Source: an uncultured Trueperaceae bacterium
GTDB taxonomy: Bacteria > Deinococcota > Deinococci > Deinococcales > Trueperaceae
Reading direction: 5' to 3'
Assembly (NCBI GenBank): GCA_963815215.1
Contig: CAWFFU010000012.1
Coordinates: 34,177 to 98,176 of the forward strand
DNA length: 64,000 nucleotides
A program made the translations under genes and the position numbers. The notes beneath the pieces were generated by a model. It had not been told where the DNA came from, did no database searches, and saw only the letters and a list, made by a program, of their open reading frames with translations. Positions 44,432 through 51,606 of the stretch are shown piece after piece (position 1 is the stretch's first letter; every line of letters starts with the position of its first letter).

Positions 44432-45012
44432 GGCGCAGCGCTCGAGAGGATCCAGCGTAGCGCCCCGCGGTAGTGGCCGGGTGCCGCCCCCGCTCCCCAC
44501 GACCACCGCAGGCGTACGCGCAGCCGGCACACACCGGGGCCGTGGAGCACGGCCACGCGCGAGCCTTCCCCGACCGATCGCCATCCCGAGCCCTGACATC
44601 CCGGGGGACCGGGGGACCCGATGGTCTGGGTGGCGTAGCGGACGTCCGTGGCCGGGATGGACGCACCCGTCACCGCATCGATGATGTCGGCCACCATCCG
44701 CACGCTCAGGACGTAGGGTCCGGATGCCGGTAGGTCCGCGACCAGCGTGAACCGGCCGCCTTGCGGCGGTAGCCGTGCCGGTCCCTGCGGGGTCGGGGTC
44801 GACCCGGGCGTGGGCACGAAGTCGACCGTGCCCGAGGCCGGCGCGCCGAGGGAGAGCGAGGCGGGTGCCGGCGTAGGCACGGCAGCCGAGCCGCCAGGGG
44901 TCGGTGCCGTGGGCCCGCCGGTGGCTCCCACCCACGAGGTGAGCGCGGCCATGACGAGGACCAGCGCGGCTGTCCTGGCGTGCCCGTTGCCGGTGGCGGC
45001 GTCCTCCCTCAT
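44428..45012 (-). CDS. secreted small subunit-like protein 'C' (194 aa)
   Basis: Signal peptide (ARTAALVLVMAALTSWVGA), a Pro/Thr-rich linker and a beta domain of about 110 aa ending APGHYRGALRWILSSAAP. High GC3 in this frame. The overlapping long frame is Arg/Gly/Pro junk. Confidence 0.55.
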   Translation of the reverse strand: MREDAATGNGHARTAALVLVMAALTSWVGATGGPTAPTPGGSAAVPTPAPASLSLGAPASGTVDFVPTPGSTPTPQGPARLPPQGGRFTLVADLPASGPYVLSVRMVADIIDAVTGASIPATDVRYATQTIGSPGPPGCQGSGWRSVGEGSRVAVLHGPGVCRLRVRLRWSWGAGAAPGHYRGALRWILSSAAP

Positions 45013-45028
45013 GGGTCCGCGCCCCCCA

Positions 45029-45922
45029 TCAATGCACCGTCAACTGCGCCTGACCAGCGATCTCGCTGGAGCTCCCGTCCTTGAGGAGCGATGTCGCGAG
45101 GTAGGTCCCCGGCTCGAGCGGTGGCGTGACGGGCACCGCCAGATCGCGGGCTGAGCCGGGGAGCGAGGCGACGGTCTGCACCTTGTAGGTATGAACGAGC
45201 TTGCCGTCGAGGGACCTGACCTCGATCCGGCCGTGCACGACCAGAAGCTCGTTACCGGTGTTCTGGAGGGCGATGTCGAAGTTCGGCGGGGCCTGGCTCC
45301 TGGCGCCCTTGAGCGTGAGGCTCTGGATCGATGCGGAGGGCGACGGCGTGCCTACGTTCAGGTACAAGATGTAGGCGTCTTGCGCGACGAGCGACAGGCC
45401 GATCCCGTTCTTCGAGAGGGCTTTGGGCTTCGACCCGGCAGAGCGGAACACGATGGCCGACCAGTGGGTTCCTGACTTGGCCTGTTTGGGCACGCTGGCC
45501 CGGTAACGGACGCTGGCCGAGGCGCCGCCGGCAAGCGTCAGGCTGTGCTCGCTCAGGCTCAGCCACGGTGCCGCCGAGGTCGGGAGGCTCCCGCTCGGGA
45601 GGATCAGTAGCCGACCGGAGGCCTTGATGGTGAAGTCGGCCGGGAAGATGCTGATGGTGAGCTTCGACTGGGTCGGATTCGTGATCGTGATCTTGCCGAT
45701 GACGTGCGATCCCGGCTGCACGCTGCGCTCGAGGTTGACCGGGCTGATCTGCACGGCGGACTGGGCGGACGCGGCCGTGATGAGCACCAGCGACAGCACG
45801 ACGAGCACGGCCGCCTCGAGGCGTGCTCGTGGACGTCTCGTCCGAGGGGGAATCGCGCCCGTGCGGGCTGCCCGTTGGAACGGGCAGCCCGCGGCGCGAG
45901 GGAGGTCGCGCACTCTCTCCAC
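45029..45922 (-). CDS. secreted two-domain beta-sandwich protein 'B' (chaperone-like; PapD-like or DUF916/DUF3324-like)
   Basis: Signal peptide ...AAVLVVLSLVLITAASAQS. The N-terminal strand pattern VQISPVNLERSVQPGSHVIGKITITNPTQSKLTISI is followed by a second Ig-like half (...NFDIALQNTGNELLVVHGRIEV...). GTG start. Confidence 0.55.
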   Translation of the reverse strand: MERVRDLPRAAGCPFQRAARTGAIPPRTRRPRARLEAAVLVVLSLVLITAASAQSAVQISPVNLERSVQPGSHVIGKITITNPTQSKLTISIFPADFTIKASGRLLILPSGSLPTSAAPWLSLSEHSLTLAGGASASVRYRASVPKQAKSGTHWSAIVFRSAGSKPKALSKNGIGLSLVAQDAYILYLNVGTPSPSASIQSLTLKGARSQAPPNFDIALQNTGNELLVVHGRIEVRSLDGKLVHTYKVQTVASLPGSARDLAVPVTPPLEPGTYLATSLLKDGSSSEIAGQAQLTVH

Positions 45923-45930
45923 CTTTCAGC

Positions 45931-46761
45931 TCACGACCCTGAGGGCGTCGGGACCGAGTCGGCGAGCGTATAGGTGGCCTGCAAGGCGTAGGAGCCCGGC
46001 TGGGCGCTCTGCAGCCACAGCCACTGGCTGACGTTGTCGTCGTAGAAGTTGCCGGGCTGGATGCTCGCCAACGGGTACGAGTTACTCGCGTCGGCCGTGG
46101 TGATCCAGCCCGTGCTCTGCGTTCCGCCCATGGGGGTGCCGTTGAGGCTCGTCGCGTCCGTGGCTTCGAAGGCGCCGTAGCCCGTGGGTGCGCTCATGGT
46201 GGAGTCGCCCGGCAGGTCCATGGGCTGGAGCGTCATGGTGAAGCTCGCACCGCTCGGGCAGTTGGTGTACTTCTCGACGAGGAAGGGGTTGTTGCACACC
46301 ACGTTGCCCTTGGCCGGCGATCCGGAGATGTCGGTGCCGCCGAAGCTCAGGTAGGGGCTCCCCGACGCTCCGCCCGCGTACGCGTTCACGACTTGCTGCC
46401 AGGTCTCGACCTTACCGCTGTTGCTGAAGACCGCCGGGTACCCGGGGGCGGCGATGAGGCCGCCGCCGCCCGATTTCTCGGCGGCCGCGATGAAGGTGTT
46501 CAGCTGGCTCTGGCTCACCTGGTTGGGGATGGCGTAGCAGTTGCTGCTACTGCCGAGGGCGTTGTTCAGGTTGAGCGACCAGGTGCTCACGCCACCCAGA
46601 CTGTTGTCGAGTACCAGCTTGAGCACGGGCGGGACGGTGAGGTTGATGTTCTGGGTGACCGACGTCGAGCCGCTCGAGCAGGTCGGCGAGGCGCAGGCGA
46701 AAGCGGCGCCGGCAGCGGTGAAGCCAACGGCGAGGAGGCCGAGGGTCAGGAGTCGTTTCAT
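45931..46761 (-). CDS. secreted Asn/Ser/Thr/Gly-rich subunit-like protein 'A' (276 aa)
   Basis: Signal peptide MKRLLTLGLLAVGFTAAGAAFA, five Cys, and a C-terminus QPGSYALQATYTLADSVPTPSGS. The ATG at 46761 has the RBS AGGAAGAAGG. An alternative ATG lies at 46779. Confidence 0.6.
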   Translation of the reverse strand: MKRLLTLGLLAVGFTAAGAAFACASPTCSSGSTSVTQNINLTVPPVLKLVLDNSLGGVSTWSLNLNNALGSSSNCYAIPNQVSQSQLNTFIAAAEKSGGGGLIAAPGYPAVFSNSGKVETWQQVVNAYAGGASGSPYLSFGGTDISGSPAKGNVVCNNPFLVEKYTNCPSGASFTMTLQPMDLPGDSTMSAPTGYGAFEATDATSLNGTPMGGTQSTGWITTADASNSYPLASIQPGNFYDDNVSQWLWLQSAQPGSYALQATYTLADSVPTPSGS

Positions 46762-46879
46762 GGAAGCCTTCTTCCTCATGGACTAGCGCACGTGGGTGGA
46801 TCTGCCGTTCGGTGGGAGTCGCGATGGACGATCGGGCAGGTGCTCACCTCCTCTCCGACGCGAACCGCGAACCATGCAG

Positions 46880-46885
46880 ATGCTA
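46880..46885 (-). promoter_or_regulatory. candidate -10 (TAGCAT) for the A-B-C-D operon
   Basis: The minus strand reads TAGCAT about 120 nt upstream of the gene A start. An ACGAG repeat occupies the -35 slot. Confidence 0.35.
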
Positions 46886-46904
46886 GGTGGCGGCACGTTG
46901 CCGC

Positions 46905-46929
46905 CTCGTTCCACTCGTCTCACGCTCGT
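46905..46929 (-). promoter_or_regulatory. three direct repeats of ACGAG (minus strand; CTCGT on plus), candidate SARP-like activator sites
   Basis: CTCGT occurs at 46905-46909, 46914-46918 and 46925-46929, so the spacings are 9 and 11 nt. The repeats read gACGAGc, gACGAGt and aACGAGg. The proximal copy overlaps the -35 position of the TAGCAT promoter. Confidence 0.4.
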
Positions 46930-46992
46930 CTGCGGCGGGTCTCATGGCGTCGACCTACGATGCTGGGCGTTACGGGTACCCGGGGGTAACGC

Positions 46993-48813
46993 ATGAGCAA
47001 CGTCTCGCACAACGCCTCAGCAAGGCTCGTGCTAACTGGAGAAGCTGCACTCGAGGTCGGAGGTCGACGCGTTCACGTGCGTCGGAAAGGGCTCGCGCTG
47101 TTGGCCTACCTGGCGCTCGATGGGCCGGCGCGGCGCGAAGCGCTGGCCGATCTCCTGTGGGGGACCGAGCACGGACGCGGCAATCTTCGGGTCGAGCTCC
47201 GGCGTCTCAACGTGGCGTTCGGCCGCGACCTCCAGGGGCGTGGCGCCGACCCGCTCGACCTACCGGGCTGGCTCGAGGTACGCATCGGGGGGTCCCCGCA
47301 CGACTTCCTGCGCAGCATGGAAGACCTCACGCCCCGCTTCGACGAGTGGCTGGTCATCCAGCGCGAGCGGATGGCTGCCGAGGCGGGACCGTTCGACGGG
47401 ACCCACGCCTGGGTGGACAAGCTCGCCGCGCTGATCCCGGCCGCGGCCGTCGTCTTGCTGCGAGTCACGCCCGCCACGGATGGGCGTGCCGAGGCGCAGG
47501 TGCTGGCGACGGCCTTGAGGCGGCAACTCCTCGAAGGCGCCGAGGAGGGCGGGCGGCCCTCGGTCCGGCTGTTGCCGCCGCCGTTCGACGACGGCCAGGC
47601 GCGCGCCGTGGCGCGCGACGCCGAGAACACCTGGGTGGTGCCCCTGCCGGCGTACGGCGAGGAGCCGCTGTGTGTGCTCGAGATGCGTTCGATGCTGCGC
47701 CCGGAGAGGCTCTTCGAGGTGGAGGTGCCGCCGCTTGGCTGGGCGGAAGCCCGCAAGGGCGTGCTGAGCGGACTTCCCTTCGAGCGGGCGGCGCCCATCT
47801 ACCTGCAGAGCGGCGGCAACGCCGGGTTCCTTGCCGAGCTCATGGAGTCGGGCCCGGACGTCCTGCCCCCGCGCATCCATGCCGCCTACATGTGGGAGGC
47901 TCGCCACGCCTCCCTGGAGGCGAGGCTCGCGCTCGAGCGCCTCTCGGTCCATCCCGGCCCGCTGCCCTGGTCGCTCATCGAGGTCTTCGAGGCGCAGGCG
48001 AGCCTGGACGAGCTCGAGAGGCGAGGCTGGCTGGCTTTCGACGCGGGCTGGAGGTTCGCCGATCCCGTAGCCCGCCGCGTGGTCGACCTCGGACTCCAAC
48101 CCGGCCGCAGGCAGCACTCCCACCTCCTCGCCGGGGAGGCCCTGGAGCGCGAGGGGCTCGCCCTCGCGGCCCTCTACCACCGGCGCGAGGCGGGCGGTTC
48201 GGTCGACTGGGAGGGCGTGGAGGCCCGCCTCACCCCGTGGGCGCGCCAGGCGCTTCGCGTGTACAGGCACGGCGCGGCCGCCCCGATGCCGGAGGTCGGT
48301 TCGGTCGGGTGGGATCCTCCCGGGCCGCCGCTCGTCACCGGAGCGGAGATGGCGTTGCTGGAAGAGCTCCGGTACGGAGGTGCGATCTACGGCGACGGGG
48401 CGAGCTGGTCGATCGTTCGCACCGGTGGCGAGGCGTCGGCAACCGGCGCGGTGTTCGAGACGCCGCGCGAACCTCTCGTGCTCCACGTCCGGGGCCGGGG
48501 CTTCGTCGACAGCCCGCTGAACGTGGGGCTCGACGGCGAGTCCGCGGCGCTGTCGCTACGTCACGACGGCGTCCTACGCGCCGTGTTCGTCGCTGGCCTG
48601 CGCGCGCCCGCGGTCATCGATGGCGTGTCGGTCGTACCTCTGGGAACACCGTTCGAGACATGGCTACGGCTCGAACCGGGCAGCCGGCTGCGCGTGGAGA
48701 GCAGCGCGCTGATGGCGATCATCGAGATGGAGATGGCGATCTACCGGCATGGGGCCGGGGAACGCGAGCGCACCGGCCGCCAGGACCGGGCGTGGGGCGC
48801 TACCGGTGTGTGA
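46993..48813 (+). CDS. SARP/BTAD-like transcriptional regulator with a large uncharacterised C-terminal region
   Basis: 606 aa. The N-terminus ...VHVRRKGLALLAYLALDGPARREALADLLWGTEHGRGNLRVELRRLN... followed by ...RFDEWLVIQRERM... matches the OmpR-type wHTH plus BTAD start of the AfsR/DnrI/RedD family (from memory). I saw no Walker motif. Confidence 0.6.
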   Translation: MSNVSHNASARLVLTGEAALEVGGRRVHVRRKGLALLAYLALDGPARREALADLLWGTEHGRGNLRVELRRLNVAFGRDLQGRGADPLDLPGWLEVRIGGSPHDFLRSMEDLTPRFDEWLVIQRERMAAEAGPFDGTHAWVDKLAALIPAAAVVLLRVTPATDGRAEAQVLATALRRQLLEGAEEGGRPSVRLLPPPFDDGQARAVARDAENTWVVPLPAYGEEPLCVLEMRSMLRPERLFEVEVPPLGWAEARKGVLSGLPFERAAPIYLQSGGNAGFLAELMESGPDVLPPRIHAAYMWEARHASLEARLALERLSVHPGPLPWSLIEVFEAQASLDELERRGWLAFDAGWRFADPVARRVVDLGLQPGRRQHSHLLAGEALEREGLALAALYHRREAGGSVDWEGVEARLTPWARQALRVYRHGAAAPMPEVGSVGWDPPGPPLVTGAEMALLEELRYGGAIYGDGASWSIVRTGGEASATGAVFETPREPLVLHVRGRGFVDSPLNVGLDGESAALSLRHDGVLRAVFVAGLRAPAVIDGVSVVPLGTPFETWLRLEPGSRLRVESSALMAIIEMEMAIYRHGAGERERTGRQDRAWGATGV

Positions 48814-48910
48814 GGCGCGCCGCGGTCGCGTGCGGCGCCCGCTTCATGTGCTCCCTCGGGCGCGGGCAGCTGCCCGCGTCACCCCTCCCGCGGAGCAGAG
48901 CGCGTATCGT

Positions 48911-48940
48911 GTTGGCGACGGTGGGAACGCTGTGCTATGC
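48911..48940 (+). promoter_or_regulatory. promoter for rpmH/rnpA (TTGGCG, 18 nt, TGC-TATGCT)
   Basis: -35-like TTGGCG at 48911-48916 and extended -10 TGCTATGCT at 48932-48940. The leader is about 125 nt. Confidence 0.45.
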
Positions 48941-49069
48941 TCTTACGGCTTGACTGCCTTGGCCCCCGCCGGCGGCCCAACGAGGTTTGACGCCGAACGA
49001 GGCCCGCCCCGTCGGCTGAACGTCGTGTCGATCCTTTCGTTCGGGGCGGCGGGTCCTTCGAAGGAGAAC

Positions 49070-49579
49070 GTGAATGAAGCGCACATATCAGCCGAACAAG
49101 CGCAAGCGCGCCAAGACGCACGGCTTCCGCGTCCGCATGGCGACCCCCGGGGGCCGCAACGTCCTCAAGCGCCGCCGTGCCAAGGGACGCAAACGCCTGT
49201 CGGTATCCGATCGCTGACGCCGGTTCCGGTCCTTCGCTCGCTGAAGGGGGACCGGGCCTTCCAGCGACTACGCAAGGGGCGTTCCAGTGGCGCGAAGCAT
49301 CTCAGTCTGCGCTGGCGCCCCGCCCAGCATGGTGAAGTGCGGGTGGGCATCGTGGTGAGCGGCAAGGTCGGCAAGGCGGTGGTGCGCAACCGTGTCCGGC
49401 GGCGCCTGCGCGACGCCCTGGGCATCCTGCTGGCCGACGGGGTTCGCGCCGAGGCGTGTCACGCCGGCGCGCCGTCGTTCGACCTGGTGGTCATCGCCAG
49501 GCCGTCGGCGGCCGAGGTCGGCTACTGGGAGCTCAAGGCCTCGCTGGCTCGGGCGCTGGAGAGGGTGCGACTCACGTGA
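49070..49579 (+). CDS. rnpA: ribonuclease P protein component with an N-terminal extension overlapping rpmH
   Basis: The core is ...FQRLRKG...[22 protein letters not shown] (RNR motif). The frame stays open back through rpmH. The in-frame GTG at 49070 lies 4 nt upstream of the rpmH ATG behind the same AAGGAG. No ATG or GTG occurs between 49073 and the conserved core, only CTG at 49214 and 49241. Confidence 0.65.
   Translation: MNEAHISAEQAQARQDARLPRPHGDPRGPQRPQAPPCQGTQTPVGIRSLTPVPVLRSLKGDRAFQRLRKGRSSGAKHLSLRWRPAQHGEVRVGIVVSGKVGKAVVRNRVRRRLRDALGILLADGVRAEACHAGAPSFDLVVIARPSAAEVGYWELKASLARALERVRLT
49074..49217 (+). CDS. rpmH: 50S ribosomal protein L34
   Basis: [47 protein letters not shown] (47 aa, below the ORF-track cutoff). 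RBS AAGGAG. Confidence 0.95.
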   Translation: MKRTYQPNKRKRAKTHGFRVRMATPGGRNVLKRRRAKGRKRLSVSDR

Positions 49580-49935
49580 GCCGCCTCGCCCGGCGGCTGC
49601 TGACGGCGCCGATCCGCTTCTATCGGCACTTCCTCTCGCCTCTCAAGGGCGCGCCGAGCTGCCGTTTCCACCCCACCTGCAGTGCCTACGCCATCGAGGC
49701 GATCGAAGTGCACGGCGTCTTCAAGGGCAGTTACCTCGCCGTGCGCCGCGTGTTGAAGTGCCACCCCCTGCACCCCGGCGGATTCGACCCGGTCCCGCCG
49801 CGCCCGCCGGCGCGTAGCGACCGACGCCGGCGAGAGTCCGCGAGCTTCGCCCCGCGGCTGCTGTCCGACCCATGGGCCGACGGGCTCGAGCGACCGGCAC
49901 GGCCGCGCACGGAGACTCCCACGGAGGCATCTTGA
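49576..49935 (+). CDS. yidD: membrane protein insertion efficiency factor YidD (with a Pro/Arg-rich C-terminal tail)
   Basis: ...[28 protein letters not shown].... GTGA overlap with the rnpA stop. Confidence 0.85.
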   Translation: MSRLARRLLTAPIRFYRHFLSPLKGAPSCRFHPTCSAYAIEAIEVHGVFKGSYLAVRRVLKCHPLHPGGFDPVPPRPPARSDRRRRESASFAPRLLSDPWADGLERPARPRTETPTEAS

Positions 49936-51599
49936 AGACCGCTCGCTCTTTGACCCTGGCGCTGCTCCTGTTCGCGGCGCTCGTTTCCGGCGTGGCGCAA
50001 GCGCGCATCGTCTTCGGCGCCAGCGACTTCAACGTCTCGGACTTCAAGAACCTCGATAAGGTCACCGCGACCTGCAAGACGGCCGATCCGTCGTTCCTGT
50101 GCCGATTGCAGGACGCCACCCTCACGCGCATCCCCACCAAGGGGGTCGATCTGTTCTTCGACGGCGCCGGCGAGTTGGTGGCGGCCTACGCCAAGCCCCA
50201 GAAGGGGCAGACGTACAACGACTACCCCATCGACCGCCGGCAGAACCTGATCCCCTTCGGGTCCGGCGTGCCGGGCGGCGCGGTCTTCATCGACGGGGCC
50301 TACGACGTGCCGCAGGACCCCAGCGGGAGCTGGCAGCGCACCAGCAAGACCGAGTTGGTGGGGACCTTCCACTTCCGTGCGGGCGCCTACCAGGTCGAGC
50401 GGGTGGTGACGGTGAGCGCCGTCCGCGAGCACATCAACGTCCAGGTGAGCGTGCAGCCGGCGCAGGGGGCCGGTGCGGCCGCCGGCACCGCCACGTCTGG
50501 CACTGCCACGTCCGGCACTGCCACGTCCGGCGCCGCCACGTCCGGCGCCGCCACCTCCGGCACTGCCACCTCCGGCGCCGCGACGACGGCTCCGAGCGGC
50601 GGCGCGCAGCCGACCGTCGCGATCGTCACCCCCGGGATCGCCGGCACCGCCAGTCCGGTGGCGAAGATCGGTCACGGCTCGGACTTCACGCTCGCCCCGC
50701 CGGCGGGCAAGAGCTACCCGGACCCCACCTACGCGTCGTTGCAGAACAACAACAACAACAACGGCGACGCCATCGTGCTGCGCCCGGTGCAGGGCGCGCA
50801 GAACGTCCAGGCCGAGTACCTGCAGCCCGATCGGGTGGCGCTGGTGAAGCCGATCGGGGCAGACGGGCACGCCTCGTTCCAGGTCCAGTACTACACCGGC
50901 AAGAACGAGCTGGTGCGGTACTACCAGGAGGGCTACCTGGGTCTTCCCGGCCTGTTCCGGCCCAACATCCTGGGTCGGCTGTCGCTGTACATCGTCCAGC
51001 TCCTGGTCTTCATCCACAAGTATGTGGGCAGCTGGGGTCTCGCGATCATCGTGCTGACGCTGATCTTCCGCGCGCTGATCTGGCCTCTCATCGCCACCCA
51101 GACCAAGTCGATGTTCGGCATGCAGAAGCTGCAGCCCAGGATCAAGGAGCTGCAGGGCAAGTACAAGGACGATCGCGAGAAGCTGACGCAGGAGACCATG
51201 AAGCTGTACCAGGAAGCGGGCGTGAATCCCGCCGGCGGCTGCCTGCCGATCCTGTTGCAGATGCCGCTGTTCATCATCCTGTGGCGCGTGTTCGTCAACT
51301 TCGAGTTCAATCAGGGATTCCTGTGGCTGCCGGACCTGGGGCAGTCCGACCCCTTCTATATCCTGCCCGTGCTGTACGTGCTCGTGATGCTGGCCACGTC
51401 CTACTTCTCGGCCCGCGGGAACCCCCAGACGTTGCGGCAGTCGATGTTCATCAACTTGATCTTCGTCTTCGTCATCATCAACTTCCCTGCCGGGGTGCTG
51501 CTGTACTATGTGGTATCCATGCTGGTGCAGGTGTTCCAATACTGGCTGTTGAGCCGCAACCAACCCGTGGTGGCGGTGCCCGCCAAGCGGGTGAAGTGA
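49932..51599 (+). CDS. yidC: membrane protein insertase YidC
   Basis: The TTG start overlaps the yidD TGA and gives the signal/anchor [24 protein letters not shown]. The C-terminal 60-kDa-IMP core is [19 protein letters not shown]...[14 protein letters not shown]...[14 protein letters not shown]. Confidence 0.9.
   Translation: MKTARSLTLALLLFAALVSGVAQARIVFGASDFNVSDFKNLDKVTATCKTADPSFLCRLQDATLTRIPTKGVDLFFDGAGELVAAYAKPQKGQTYNDYPIDRRQNLIPFGSGVPGGAVFIDGAYDVPQDPSGSWQRTSKTELVGTFHFRAGAYQVERVVTVSAVREHINVQVSVQPAQGAGAAAGTATSGTATSGTATSGAATSGAATSGTATSGAATTAPSGGAQPTVAIVTPGIAGTASPVAKIGHGSDFTLAPPAGKSYPDPTYASLQNNNNNNGDAIVLRPVQGAQNVQAEYLQPDRVALVKPIGADGHASFQVQYYTGKNELVRYYQEGYLGLPGLFRPNILGRLSLYIVQLLVFIHKYVGSWGLAIIVLTLIFRALIWPLIATQTKSMFGMQKLQPRIKELQGKYKDDREKLTQETMKLYQEAGVNPAGGCLPILLQMPLFIILWRVFVNFEFNQGFLWLPDLGQSDPFYILPVLYVLVMLATSYFSARGNPQTLRQSMFINLIFVFVIINFPAGVLLYYVVSMLVQVFQYWLLSRNQPVVAVPAKRVK
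50484..50588 (+). repeat. 15-nt in-frame tandem repeat x7 inside yidC (encodes [10 protein letters not shown] pentapeptides)
   Basis: Seven units from ggcaccgccacgtct through ggcgccgcgacgacg. The peptide is [35 protein letters not shown]. Confidence 0.9.
50745..50762 (+). repeat. (AAC)6 microsatellite inside yidC (encodes NNNNNN)
   Basis: aacaacaacaacaacaac, an AT-rich trinucleotide run that is unusual in this GC-rich sequence. Confidence 0.95.
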
Positions 51600-51606
51600 G
51601 GGTTCG

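Noticed and set aside
44432-44935. 168-codon N-terminal extension of the gene D ORF (the 1181-aa version)
   Set aside because: The extension is Arg/Gly/Pro/His-rich and overlaps gene C, which has a signal peptide and coding-like GC3. A signal peptide and an ATGA-coupled ATG occur at codon 169.
46887-48953. 688-aa alternative-frame ORF overlapping the SARP-like regulator
   Set aside because: It is extremely Arg/Gly/Pro/Ala-rich. The 46993-48813 frame carries the recognisable wHTH/BTAD motifs instead.
48814-49073. Possible oriC or DnaA-box cluster next to rpmH
   Set aside because: I found no TTATCCACA-like boxes or AT-rich unwinding element, and no dnaA gene adjacent. The region is better explained as the rpmH/rnpA promoter plus a structured leader.
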